From positions 8,229,191 to 8,275,858 of the forward strand of contig NC_068982.1 in assembly GCF_001194135.2 (NCBI RefSeq): a DNA stretch of 46,668 nucleotides, read 5' to 3'. The stretch comes from Octopus bimaculoides (lineage: Eukaryota). The stretch's first letter is position 1. The number at the start of each line of letters is the position of its first letter. Below the pieces are notes generated by a model that saw only the letters and a program-made list of their open reading frames with translations, was not told the origin of the DNA and made no database searches. Below, one piece after another: positions 21,944 through 34,347 of the stretch. A program made the position numbers and the translations under genes.

Positions 21944-22072
21944 CCGTGCTGGATTTAGGACAAATGAGGTCCTGTGCTAATTAAGTTATGAGGCCCCTTG
22001 CTTGGACAGAGCCCCGTTGACCAGGGGCCCTGTGCTTAAGCACACTTCAGCCCAATGGTAAACCTGGCACTG
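21944..22072. mobile_element. Short MITE with degenerate TIRs
   Basis: GTGCTGGATTTA ... TAAACCTGGCACTG with a GGGGCCC core. Confidence 0.5.
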
Positions 22073-22332
22073 CCTCCACCAGACCAAATCTTCTTTTGTC
22101 TCTCCCATCATTCTTTGACCTTTCCAATACTTCACATAAAGGAACCTCTCTCTGTACTATTCTCCTTCTCAGGTGTGGGATTTTGGGGTTTTGTATTACA
22201 AGTGACTTCACTAGTGTATACGTATATGAATACACACACACACACACACACTCACACACACTTTACACAGTGGAAATTGTTTTCGACTATGAATTTAAAA
22301 TAAGATTAGGCTTAAAGTGTTTCAAATCTCAC

Positions 22333-22385
22333 CTGGGCAACTATCTGTTTTTCTTTCATCTTTCCATACTCCATTGGTACATGTT
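22333..22385 (-). CDS. vWC-like end exon (TCTNGVWKDERKTDSCP)
   Basis: cttttgcag/gtgaga, 53 nt, phase 2-1. Confidence 0.87.
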
Positions 22386-22577
22386 CTGCAAAAGTAACAT
22401 TTTCATGGCATCAAAATATTTTGAAAGATATAGATCAAACTGGAATCTTTTTCAGTCACTGCCATGGTTCTGAACTTAAATTTTGCTGATGGAAGTAAAA
22501 CAGTTTATTCAGGCAAATAAAAAAAAAAGAGTTTAACAATGAAAATAGCTTAAAGCTTTCATTATCTTGTTCTTAAT

Positions 22578-22768
22578 AAGGGGCGATCTGGCAGAATCGT
22601 TAGCACGCCAGACGAAGCGCTTATCGGTATTTCGTCTGTCTTTACGTTCTGAGATCAAATTCTGCCGAGGTCGACTTTACCTTTCATCCTTTTCGGGTCG
22701 ATAAATATATAATTGATTGCCCCCCCCCCTCCCTCCAAAATTTCGGGCCTTGGGCCTAGAACAGAAAT
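22578..22768 (+). mobile_element. SINE family 3, near full length
   Basis: Head plus body; 18-bp TSD CATTATCTTGTTCTTAAT / CATTATCATGTTCCTAAT. Confidence 0.85.
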
Positions 22769-22804
22769 CATTATCATGTTCCTAATGATCTATGAATTTT
22801 TTTT

Positions 22805-23009
22805 ATATTCTTTTACTTATTTCAGTCGTTTGACTGTGGCCATGCTGGATCACCATCTTTAGTCAAACAAATCGACTCCAGGACTTATTCTTTGTAAGCC
22901 TAGTACTAATCTATCGGTCTCTTTTGCCGAACTGCTAAGTTACAGGGATGTAAATACACCAACATCAGTTGTCAAGTGATGGTGGAGGGACAAACACAAG
23001 CATACAAAT

Positions 23010-23062
<53 letters not shown>

Positions 23063-23228
23063 CGATGGGCTTCTTTCAGTTTCCGTCTACCAAATTGACT
23101 CAAAAGGCTTTGGTCAGTCTGAGGCTATATTAGAAGACACTTGCTCAAGGTGTCACTCAGTGGGACTGAACTCGGAACCATGTAGTTGGGAAGCAAGCTT
23201 CTTACCACACAGCCACTCCTGCACCTAT
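22805..23228 (-). mobile_element. SINE family 1
   Basis: Family consensus, internal (CA)n. Confidence 0.85.
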
Positions 23229-23289
23229 AGTGCCTGTATTTTTTTCAACTCATTAAAAGTTTAGGTAAAGTTTAGGCGCATTAAAAGCT

Positions 23290-23455
23290 TAGGTGCAGCA
23301 GTGGCTGTGTGGTAAGTAGCTTGCTTATCAACCACATGGTTCCGGGTTCAGTCCCACTATGTGGTACCTTGGGCAAGTGTCTTCTACTTTAGCCTCGGGC
23401 CGACCAAAGCCTTGTGAGTGTATTTGGTAGATGGAAACTGAAAGAAGCCTGTCAT
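23290..23455 (+). mobile_element. SINE family 1, 5' half
   Basis: AGGTGCAGCAGTGGCTGTGTGGTAAG...GGAAACTGAAAGAAGCC. Confidence 0.85.
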
Positions 23456-23484
23456 ATATATATATATATTTACGTACGTATATA

Positions 23485-23648
23485 TAGGCACAGGAGTGGC
23501 CGTGTGGTAAGTAACTTACTTACTAACCACCTGATTCTGGGTTCAGTCCTACAGCATGGCATCTTGGGCAAATGTCTTCTACTTTAGCCTTGGGCTGACC
23601 AAAGCTTTGTGCGTGGATTTGATAGATGGAAACTGAAAGAAGTTCACC

Positions 23649-23693
<45 letters not shown>

Positions 23694-23912
23694 TGTGTAT
23701 GTTTGTGAATCTGTGTTTGTCCCCCCCAACATGGCTTGACAACCGATGCTGGTGTGTTCACGTCCCTGTAACTTAGCGGTTCGACAAAAGAGACCAATAG
23801 AATAAGTACTAGGCTTACAAAGAATAAGTCCTGGGTTCAATTTGTTCGAATAAAGGTGGTGCTCCAGCATGGCCGTAGTCAAATGACTGAAACAAGTAAA
23901 AGAGTAAAAGGA
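23485..23912 (+). mobile_element. SINE family 1
   Basis: Family consensus, internal (GT)n, tail AAACAAGTAAAAGAG. Confidence 0.85.
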
Positions 23913-24391
23913 TATCAAAATACCTAACTTATACATAAGGATCTTACATAAAATTATCACAGAAAATTTTAATTCGACCATGGACATAGTGTTTTCAAAT
24001 TTTGGCACAAGGCCAGCAATTTTGGCCTTCTTGCTAATCACAAATAACAACCACAGTAAAACAGCCAGCGTGCTCACCCAGAGACCCCCAAACTCTGGGT
24101 GAGACTTGGGACAGCACTTATAAAACAAAACAAAAACAATGTAAACAATTATAATAATTATTATTATAATAAAACTCTTAGTTCTTGCTTCTCCTGAAAT
24201 GACTAAATGACAATCATAGTCGATGACCAATAACAATTTGACAAGAAGCAGCTTTATGAAATGTAATGTCTACCAGGAATTTTTGTTAATTTTAATTCTA
24301 CTACTTGCTTTGCTATCTTAACACAACATACGTTTTCTTATAATGCGTAGACATCATCAAACGGAATGTGATGATTATGTTAAATACTTAC

Positions 24392-24483
24392 AGATCACTA
24401 CAGCCAATTTTCAGCTTGCTCCTTGCAATCATCCACGTATCTCCATATTGGCATGGACAGTCCTCAGGTGGGACACAAGTTCC
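24392..24483 (-). CDS. TIL' end / vWC-like exon (GTCVPPEDCPCQYGDTWMIARSKLKIGCSD)
   Basis: aaaatag/gtaagt, 92 nt, phase 0-2. Confidence 0.9.
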
Positions 24484-25057
24484 CTATTTTTGGATGAAAA
24501 ATAATTTTTATACAATACAAAGAAAAACAACTTAAAAAACAAATGAGTGTAAGATCATTATAGTTAATTTATGATAATCTTTAAACTATCTTTAGTAATA
24601 AAACAAACTGTTATAGCCTACACTATTGAATCAGCAACACAAATCTGTGAGCCTAAGTGAAATACAAATGAAAATCATTCAAAAACCATCAAAATATAAA
24701 ATGGAATATTTTAGGATTATTTTATTATACTTTCTTTTCAATAATTAGCTATAATTAAATATTAATGTTAATAAGATATGACTACATTAATTGATATTGA
24801 AACGATTACATCAGCCAACAAAATAAAATTTATATGGTCACTAAAAACGCTAAACTAACTGTAACCAATTCTCCTTCAAACCACATACTATTGGCTTTTT
24901 TTTTTTAAAGTGACATTGGAAAGTTTGGTCCCAGAAACAAAAGACTGGATAGATATTGCTAGAATGATTAGTGCTGAGCTGGTCTGAAACAACAACAATA
25001 ATAAAAACAACTTTTTATTTGTAGTAAAGATTGTTTGCCAACATAACATGGCAGTCC

Positions 25058-25231
25058 TGGTTTATGACGAATGTTGCTGTAATTTAGCCCCCAGAGACAT
25101 CGTCTCCAGCTGGCTATACGACATGATCTGTGTCCTTATATTTTTGAACAAGGGAATCTAGCACCCCCACTCAGCTCGAAACAATATCTGTGTATCACGA
25201 TTTCTGGGTTACTTCCCTTCATCAGCACAGA
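25058..25231 (-). mobile_element. PLE-type terminal-repeat fragment carrying a hammerhead motif
   Basis: Homologous to 15770-15880; contains CTGATGAAGG...GAAA as in PLE termini. Confidence 0.6.
25187..25231 (-). ncRNA. Minimal type I hammerhead ribozyme motif, core boxes intact
   Basis: TCTGTG-CTGATGA-A-GGG-AAGTAA-CCC-A-GAAA-TCGTGAT-A-CACAGA. Confidence 0.68.
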
Positions 25232-25347
25232 ATAATATTGTCAAATAAGGTAGTCTTTCTTAAGTAAAATTCATAGTTTACCATGAAGTATATAAGACAG
25301 TATGTTTGAAATAAATTGATCTTAATTGGTAAAAGACAAAATCTTAC

Positions 25348-25543
25348 ATTTGGGGAAAGAACTAAATACTTAGGACATCGACAACCTTCAAATTCATTTT
25401 CAAAAACCATGCATTCTTCAGGTTTGGATAAAGTTGAGCAAGTTTCTTGGCATCCAGTTGCATTTGTAATCCATATTTGGTTTCTTGGACAAATAACTTC
25501 TTCAAGTGTTGGCACACACTTCCATTTTCCTCGAATGCAAGTA
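25348..25543 (-). CDS. vWC-like end + TIL' exon (CTCIRGKWKCVPTLEEVICPRNQIWITNATGCQETC...GCRCPKYLVLSPN)
   Basis: tcttgcag/gtaaga, 196 nt, phase 2-0. Confidence 0.93.
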
Positions 25544-26955
25544 CTGCAAGAAATAATTAACAGAGGAAGGATATTTCTTAGTTGTGTTAATTGGTAAACA
25601 TGAGTTGCAGAAAAGAAACAAAAAAAAATAAAGGAAAACAATACCACCAAATAGTTTTCATTTTCAATTTTCTTAATCGTTGGAATCAAACAAACATCAC
25701 CTCATTTAAAGCAACCTCCTAATTCTTGGGTGCCTTCAGCAGAGTTTGTACCAATATAAGCACTTAGACCAGACAGTCTGTTTCAGAAAACGGCAATTCT
25801 AGTGCTTTTTCATTCAGTTATAGTTTCACAGAGTTTCAAGGCTTTCTGAGGAAGAGTTTGCCAGCAGATAATGTAGGGTCTCTGTTAGCCAAATTATAAT
25901 CATGTAATTATGCAGAAAGCACTGGATTTATATAAGTTCATTCAAGATAATAGTGTGGCAACTAAAATACACAAGAGGACTGCTAGAAATAACAGCTTGT
26001 TCTTCCATTAATCATACACTAAAGTTTAAAAAAGACACATTTAATGTGATGTAGGTTCCCTACACACAGGGAAAAAGACAGAGTGATCATGGCTGGAATA
26101 CTTTTGGTTAGGGGTCTGCTGAGCCAAGGCTGTTCGGAATCTAAATAATGACAACAACACAACCCATTCACTCATTGGTTCATTTCCATTTATCTCTCTT
26201 TCAATAAGTATATTTTTTACTGCAAAACTATCTCAATATTTTACTAGATTGAATAAGAAAAGGTTCACTCAATATTTCTTCCATTTTATGCTTAATATTC
26301 ATGAACTCAGACCAGCACCGACCTTACTTTTCTTTCATGAGACAAAGCTGTCTTAATCTTTAAACTAGTCTATCGCTGCTATCGTTTCATCATCCTTCTC
26401 AAGTTAGTTTCTATATTTATTCAGAATAATTTTCTCTTCAATTCATCTCTCTCATTTGGTCATTAGCAGCAAAGATCTCCAAGAATTTTTAATAAGCCTC
26501 TCTCTGCCTACCTCTTAGATCTTTTGCTATTACATTTGAACCTCTTTGAGAACCAAAAATCGTTTTAATGTCAAAATGTATTGTGGAACCCTGTTTCAAC
26601 TTACTTGTTCACATCTTCCCATCAATCACTTCCAATCTTCCTAAAATCAAATTCCTTTTCCTGAAGGTGAAATACTATCCCTATCCCAGACCAGTCTCTG
26701 TTTCTATCTTACCCCTAAGCCCAGTCTTTACCTCGTCCTAATAATTTCTGGTCTCTCTTGCTATCTGAATTCTGCCTAATAAAAGAAACCTACAACACAT
26801 TAACTAAAAACAACATTCACATGTTTGCAAACATGTGGGTAACTGGTGGAAGCTACCATAAATCCAAACAAATTATTCTTGACAGCAAATGTGTTTCATC
26901 ATTGATGCATCCAAATCAGCAATGCAGATGATAAAAAAAGTCCCCTCTTACTAGG

Positions 26956-27153
26956 CAGTGGTGGACTGGTCAGGTTGCCTTCTTGCCCAATGGCAAGTGG
27001 GCTCCTGCGCCATTAGAATCCATATATGGGGGCTCATGTTAGTATCTAGGGGGCCTGTCCCCTCAAGTTTGAGAATTTTTTACTCACTCCTAGAAGAATG
27101 CTTTAATTATTTCAGCCTGGCTGTGTTTGCAGACAGTTGAAAAGAATACATTT

Positions 27154-27204
<51 letters not shown>

Positions 27205-27276
27205 AATGTATTGTAGTTTCAGGTGGGCCCCTTTAGTCTCCTGGCAACCAATATTTTTAGACCCAGTCTGCCACTG
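26956..27276. mobile_element. hAT-type MITE containing a ~45-nt A run
   Basis: TIRs CAGTGGTGGACTGG / CCAGTCTGCCACTG; 8-bp TSD TTACTAGG / TTACAAGG. Confidence 0.8.
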
Positions 27277-28049
27277 TTACAAGGTGTGTTTCCCAATTCC
27301 CTTTACATGACCAAAACCCACTATCAACAAGACCACAAAGGTTTCACATGAATCTATTCTGTACTTGTACTAGAAGAGAAAATTTATTAAAATTTACTGC
27401 GACCATCTGGAATTATTCAGTTTACATGAGAAAACATCCAGATGACTAACAGAAAAAAAAAAGCAATGGTTGCCCTTTATGCATCGCACTCCTTGCTAAC
27501 ACTCTCACTTCCCAAATGGCTGTTTAACTTCCTGTTTTTTTTTTCAAAAACGTCTTTGCTGCCTTGAAGAATTCTATAATTTGTTTTTCCCAAATAAGCA
27601 TGTAGAAAATATCCACACATTTGTTTCCTACTTTAAGCATTACTCTGAAGGCATCCAGCTAAAATCCTTCCTAAATCACTTCCCCAAACATATTTGTTTT
27701 GCTACTTGCACCTCTAAGCAAAGTCACTGATAACCACCAAACTGATTATGCTATTCCTTCTAATATCCTTAAAGTGCTTCTCTCAAAAGACCAATTCTGA
27801 AATGTATTTGGAAATTATATCTTGTGAAATGCATCACAATGTATCATTGCTCAGGGTACTTAACCCTTTATGACTGTTTTTTTTCAAATGGCCACAATGA
27901 TGTTATATTTCAGTGCACTACACAAGGAATCGCTGTTCTCCATTAGCACTGATAGGTCCTCAGTTTCATATGGTATGTCTTTATCAACAGTGTCTACGTA
28001 TTTGAGAGAATTTCATCCTCCATTAAGGTGCTGAAGTTTCAAAAATGTT

Positions 28050-28500
28050 TAAAAAATCAGCAATTCTTATGGCATGCAGTTCAGAATGAGATCATTGGCA
28101 GTCAAAGCCTATGCTGCACTGTGCACCAATAGCAGAGGAAGGTAGAATGTGGCCATAGATTGCCACTTTGGACTTTACTCCTGCCATGAAATGCTTTATG
28201 CTCTCATGGCATGGAATGCCATTGGGGCAATCATAAAGTTCCTTCTTTAGAGTCCAGGTTCTGGTGTCATAGAAAAGAATGCTCTCTACATATGGCCTAA
28301 AGAATATCAGCTTTTGTGATTCTGAAATACTTGATTATCAGACCTGTTGACCTTTGTTGGAGGTGCTTGAAGCTTGTTCCATGCATGTCAAGAAGTCTTT
28401 CTTGTTGTTAGTAGAATAGGATCCAAGGTACTTGAAGTCACTGGCCTCATTGAGTTGTGTACCATTATTAGAGTAAATGAGCAATGCTGTACACTAATAC
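28050..28500 (-). mobile_element. Decayed RTE-clade LINE ORF2 fragment
   Basis: Translates piecewise as DFKYLGS...KDF...KLIFFRPYVESILFYDTRTWTLKK, with stops and frameshifts. Confidence 0.7.
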
Positions 28501-28736
28501 ATGCTAACAGTTAATCAGATTGTTCCAACAATGGCAAATTAGAAGCATGTATTGCAGTACATTGCTATTAGATGTAAAAGACGGCAAAATATATTTTCTT
28601 CTTTCACAACTGCAATCAAATTAATTATTCTTAAAGCATATGAAATAAATAAATGAATAAATTTTGTAACACTCCAGCGACAGCCTTAGAACAACATCAT
28701 CAAGATAATAAGAATAATAGAACCATTCAGACATAC

Positions 28737-28989
28737 CAATCGAGTTGTCTCCTATGGATCACTTCTCCAGCTTTGTAGTGTTTCTGTTCAAATTTATTGA
28801 AGCATGTACATTTATCGATTGCTACACAATTTCTCCGATTATCCAACAATGTTCCATTGGGACAACGACATCCAAATATGCATCCTTCTTCGCATTGCAT
28901 TCCCTCTTTGGAAAGATCATTACAAGAAGATTGGCATGAAGATCCACAATATGTATACTTTTGACCACTTCCAGAAGGACACTTTACAA
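28737..28989 (-). CDS. TIL2 + vWC-like exon (VVKCPSGSGQKYTYCGSSCQSSC...GCIFGCRCPNG...QLD)
   Basis: ttgacaatag/gtatgt, 253 nt, phase 1-2. Confidence 0.94.
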
Positions 28990-29354
28990 CTATTGTCAAA
29001 ATAGAATAAATTTCTTGTTAACAATACACAATATATGTTTTACTGAAGTATATTGAAATAGTTACATAAGTTATATTAGTTTCACTAATTCATAGACAGA
29101 TCATACTTTCATTCATCATTTTTTTTACTTCTATTTCTATTAATATTTCCAAGAGGTTTCTGCAGGTTCTATTTCTAATTTATTAATTTTCCCAGAAAAA
29201 GAATAAAGAAATTTTCATTTTTAAATAAAGAAATAACATAATACTGCTTTACTCAGAGCTTTGTTTTCCTGTTCAATAATTGACAAGAATTAATTCCAAG
29301 CATTAATGTTCTTCAATACAATCTCTGTTATTAATATTTTATAAATCATTCTTT

Positions 29355-29558
29355 TATCTTCTATCTTTTACTTGGTCCAGTCATTAGATTGCGGCCAAGC
29401 TGGGGCACTGCATTAAAGAATTTTAGTTGAATGAATGGAGTCTAGTACTTATTTTTTTAAAGCCCAGTACTTAATCTATCAGTCTCTCTGGCTGAACTGC
29501 TAAGTTAATGGAACATAAACACACCAGCATCAGTTGTCAAGCAGTGGTGGAGAACAAA

Positions 29559-29602
<44 letters not shown>

Positions 29603-29609
29603 CACACAC

Positions 29610-29640
<31 letters not shown>
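29355..29640 (-). mobile_element. SINE family 1, 3' half
   Basis: Family consensus followed by (CA)n. Confidence 0.7.
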
Positions 29641-29907
29641 TAGTATAAAAGGGATAAATTATCCTGGTGGATACTGTGTTATCTCACAAATTGACAGAGA
29701 TGGCAGTGGAGGTTTATTCACATCCAAAACTCTTCTTATTAAAAAGTTTCATGCTGCATATATAACCCTAACCCTACATAAGTTTCGACTGTGTTGAAGC
29801 GTATGTAGGTTAGTGTTATATATGCTGTAGAAAACATTTTAATAGAAATGTTTTGGATGTGAATAAATCTCCACTCTCCTCTTTGTTATTAATTATATAT
29901 ATATATA

Positions 29908-30260
29908 TCATCATCATCACCATTGTTTAACGTCCGCTTTCCATGCTGGCATGGGTTGGATGGTTTGACTGAGAGCTGGAGAACCAGATGGCTACACCAG
30001 CCTCCAATCTGATCTGGATATATCACGTTGGGGTTATAATATTTTTATTGATGCCAGAGCCACTTGACTGGCTCCTGTGCTGTTGGCACGTAAAAAGCAC
30101 CCACTATACTCTTGGTGTGGTTGGCATTAGGAAGGGCGTCCATCTGTTGAAACATTGCCACATCAGATTGGAGCCTGGTGCAGCCACTGGCTTTCCAGAC
30201 CTCAGTCAAACTGTCCAACCCATGCCAGCATGGAAAACAGAATTTAAACGATGATGATGA
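29908..30260. mobile_element. Foldback-like element (family 4) with ~100-bp inverted arms and (CAT)n/(ATG)n ends
   Basis: 29908-30013 is the imperfect reverse complement of 30161-30260. Confidence 0.8.
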
Positions 30261-30374
30261 TATACATACATACATATATACATATATGTATATCATCATC
30301 ATATATACATACATTCATATATATGATATATATATACATACATTTATGTATATATATATATATAGATATATATA

Positions 30375-30540
30375 TATGATTGGGTTCTTTCAGCTTCTGT
30401 CTAGCAAAACCACTCAAGGCTTTGGTCAGCCAGAGGCTATAGTGATAGACACTTGTCCAAAGTGTCACATAGTGGGACTGAGTCCAGAACCATGCTGTTG
30501 GGAAGCAATCTTCTTACCGTATAGCCCAACCTGCGCCTAT
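30375..30540 (-). mobile_element. SINE family 1, 5' half
   Basis: Family consensus. Confidence 0.75.
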
Positions 30541-30701
30541 ATTAATTGTATTTGTGTTTGATCTACACGAATTTTTGTAATACATAACATAAATTATTAA
30601 ATATTTCTTGCTTTTGAGAATAAAATTATCGATAAAGGATAAGCAAAGATATGAATGTTTGCTACCAAATTCTTCACTCATACAAAAAATATTATACTTA
30701 C

Positions 30702-30939
30702 CGCATAAATTATTAAGAGTCCTGTTTGATCGCCAGTCCACTATTATTTTGTTATCAGCACATTCTTTTGTATAGGATTGCATGGCAGTACAAAATCCTT
30801 TTGAACTGAATACTTCACTTGCGCATATATCTCTCATGCATAAATCATAATATGGTTTGATTGCAACTGTATCACGACATTGCAAAAATACAGGGCTTTC
30901 TTGAAGGTAGCTACAATATTGCTTGGCAGTTACTAGGTT
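30702..30939 (-). CDS. C8 domain of D2 (NLVTAKQYCSYLQESPVFLQCRDTVAIKPYYDLCMRDIC...VDWRSNRTLNNLC)
   Basis: tatttctag/gtaagt, 238 nt, phase 0-1. Confidence 0.93.
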
Positions 30940-31146
30940 CTAGAAATATATGTTAACAGTTTTTGATTAATAATAAGAAACCTGCATAAATCATTTTAAA
31001 ATGTTGCTATTTAAAAAACAAAATCATCTTTGATATGACTTCTGTAATCATAAATGCTATGAGAAAGATAATAGGGAAATAATGGGAATGACATCAATGT
31101 GTTTAGCAATTGATTGTATGCATTGTTTGAATGTATGTATATTACT

Positions 31147-31583
31147 GGCACCCGTGCCAGTGGAGCGCTAACAGCACCATCTGAGTGGGATCACTGCCAG
31201 AGCAGTCGTCTCGCTCCCATGCCGGTGGCATGTAAAATGCACCATTTGAGCGTGATCGTTTCCAGCTTCGCCTTACTGGCACTTGTGCCAGTGACATGTG
31301 AACAAAATATTGGACTGACTCCTGTGCAGGTGGCACATAAAAAAACACCATTTTGAGCGTGGCTGTTGCCACTATCGCTGGACTGGCCCTCATGCTGGTG
31401 GCACATAAAAAACACCCATTATACTCTCAGAGTGGTTGGCGTTAGGAAGGGCATCCAGCTGTAGAAATTCTGCCAAATCGGATTGGAGTCTGGTGTAGCC
31501 ATCCACTTTGCCAGTCCCCAGTCAAATCGTCCAACCCATTCTAGCATAGAAAGCAGACGTTAAATGATGAAGATGATGATGAT
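31147..31583. mobile_element. Family 4 element with internal sub-repeats, one terminal arm
   Basis: GGTGGCACATAAAAAACACC repeated; ends GCAGACGTTAAATGATGAAGATGATG. Confidence 0.7.
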
Positions 31584-31787
31584 TACAAAATGAAAACTGT
31601 TCAATTGTTGAGCAAAGATATATAATAGTAAGGTGTTGTTAATCATATTGGTAAGCTCTTATGAATGAAGCTTAAATTTTTGTAATGAACGGAATCTAAA
31701 AGGAAGATATGGGTACTTATTCTCAAAGATGAAAGTAATATTTTAAAATGACGAGGAGATTTTAAAAATGATGGAAATGATGCTTAC

Positions 31788-31955
31788 ATCAACATATACT
31801 GAACAGGGTTCTATTTCAATGTCTTCTCTTTGATCAGCGAAGCATGAAGATGCCAGGAACTCCTGAGTAAACTTAGTTTTGTGTAAAGATAATCCATTAA
31901 GGCCAACAAATTCATTATTTATATTAGAATCAAAATTTCCACAGAGACCTTGAAC
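31788..31955 (-). CDS. vWD2 C-terminal exon (VQGLCGNFDSNINNEFVGLNG...EPCSVYVD)
   Basis: cttaatctag/gtaagc, 168 nt, phase 0-0; not in the supplied ORF track. Confidence 0.93.
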
Positions 31956-32264
31956 CTAGATTAAGATTAAAAAAAAAAAACATACGAATATAAAACTCAT
32001 GAGATTATATATTAGAATACATTCAGGTGGAAAAGATAAGAACATGAAAACATTAACTGGTAATGAAAACAACATAACATGGATATCCATAACATGGATA
32101 AGAGGGATATTTTAGTTCTATACAAACATTTAGAACATTCTATGAGTTTACAAGCATTTCCCCTTTTGATATTGAGACCAAAATTTCATGAAATGTAGAC
32201 ATGAAATATCAAAAAGGGCTTGCATAAAAAAACAAAACAAAACAAACTATTGACAAAAATTAGG

Positions 32265-32415
32265 CATAGCTCTGTGTTTGGCAAGCTTCCTTCCGAACTA
32301 TGAAATCTTGGGTTCAGTCCTACTGTGTGGTACTGTGAACAAGTGTCTTCTACAAAGCCCTAGGCTGATCAAAGCCTTGTAAGTGAATTTGGTAGATGGA
32401 AACTGAAAGAAGCAG
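32265..32415 (+). mobile_element. SINE family 1, 5' half
   Basis: Family consensus. Confidence 0.7.
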
Positions 32416-32974
32416 ACAAAACCCAACAAGGCAGAAATATTCATCCAACATTCTCACTATTGCTGTTGGAGGATCCTCATCCATTACTCATATAATTATG
32501 TGTTTTTAAACACATTGTATCCATGAAATATATTATTCTTGGATGAATACCACAGTTAATTTGCCTTTCACGATGTATGTGTATTAAGTATGATACACAG
32601 ATGGCTATTTTAATCTAATACTGCTTCTGTGGCATATAAAAAATAAAAAAAAACAGAAAAATAATAGCATAAACCACAAGACATGAAACATATTCTTAAC
32701 CTTGATACTTATTGGTAAAACATTTTATATCTAGCTATAACACACTTGACTCACACAAATTATCCTCTTCATATTATGATAAAGATACAAAGATGATGTT
32801 AAATACAAACTTGTTACCAGTTCTAGAATTTATTACTTTAATTTTGAAAAAGGCTTATACCCAAGGTTTTTTGCATGGCTTAAGAAACCAGACAGATTGA
32901 TTCATTAACATTCCTTTCAAGCTATTGCAAGTTGGTGGCTGGAAGAAAGACATATGTAGAGAGGGGATTCTCAT

Positions 32975-33093
32975 GGTTCCAGGTTCATTCCCACTGCGTG
33001 GCACCTTGGGCAAGTGTCTTCTACTATAGCCTCGGGCCTACCAAAACCTTGTGAATGGATTTGGTAGACAGAAACTGAAAGAAGCCCGTCGTA

Positions 33094-33126
<33 letters not shown>

Positions 33127-33235
33127 NNNNNNNNNNNNNNNNNNNNNNNNNNNNNNNNNNNNNNNNNNATTGTTGTACTTGGGGATTGTCATATTGCCAG
33201 TTTATATATATATATATGTATATATATGTGTGTGT

Positions 33236-33282
<47 letters not shown>

Positions 33283-33515
33283 TGTGTATGTGTATATGTT
33301 TGTGTGTCTGTGTTTGTCCCCCCAACATCGCTTGACAACCGATGCTGGTGTGTTTACGTCCACCATAACTTAGCGGTTCGGCAAAAGAGACTGAGAGAAT
33401 AAGTACTAGGCATCCAAAGAATAAGTCCTGGGGTCGATTTGCTCGACTAAAGGCGGTGCTCCAGCAAGCATGACCACAGTCAAATGACTGAAACAAGTAA
33501 AAGAGTAAAAGAGTA
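32975..33515 (+). mobile_element. SINE family 1 with gap in its microsatellite
   Basis: Family consensus on both sides of the gap. Confidence 0.8.
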
Positions 33516-33576
33516 AATGAATATAGAAATCTGCAATAAATGGATTATTTGCTAGAACTATATTGTGTTTTCTTAC

Positions 33577-33882
33577 CTTTTTCCTAAAACTTGACTGAAA
33601 TTTCATGTAAATCTCTTCTCCAGGATTGTACATAATATTGAAATCTGGTCCATCAATGACATAAAAGAGAGAGGACGCTTTCATTATGGAAATAATTTTA
33701 CCCATGTAATTCAGTTTTGGATTGTAGTCTCCATTGATATAAAGGCCATGCTGGGTAATTTTAGCAGTAATATCTTGTATATCAATACGAAGAGAAACTG
33801 AACAATTGAATATGCTTAGAAATGGTTTCATACATGAAGTAAATTCCAAAGACACTTTCAGAATATTATTTCTAGCTTTTGT
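33577..33882 (-). CDS. vWD2 middle exon (TKARNNILKVSLEFTSC...FNIMYNPGEEIYMKFQSSFRKK)
   Basis: tttttcag/gtaaga, 306 nt, phase 0-0. Confidence 0.92.
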
Positions 33883-34347
33883 CTGAAAAAAAAAAAAGTC
33901 CAGCATTAGAGACAACAAACAAATACATATNNNNNNNNNNNNNNNNNNNNNNNNNNNNNNNNNNNNNNNNNNNNNNNNNNNNNNNNNNNNNNNNNNNNNN
34001 NNNNNNNNNNNNNNNNNNNNNNNNNNNNNNNNNNNNNNNNNNNNNNNNNNNNNNNNNNNNNNNNNNNNNNNNNNNNNNNNNNNNNNNNNNNNNNNNNNNN
34101 NNNNNNNNNNNNNNNNNNNNNNNNNNNNNNNNNNNNNNNNNNNNNNNATATATATATATATATAAATATATAGTTTTAAGGAAAAGAACCAAGGTCTATG
34201 AACTCATCGATGAAAATTCACTGTCACATATAGAAAAATTAATAATTAAAAGCACAATAAATAAGTATAATATAATACAATATAATACATTTCCTGTATT
34301 TAATTCAAATATGAAAGTGAAAGTTGAAATATATGTTTTTTTGTTAC

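Noticed and set aside
26300-26800. Purine-rich minus-strand stretch suggesting an old retroelement
   Set aside because: Many stops and no motif I can name.
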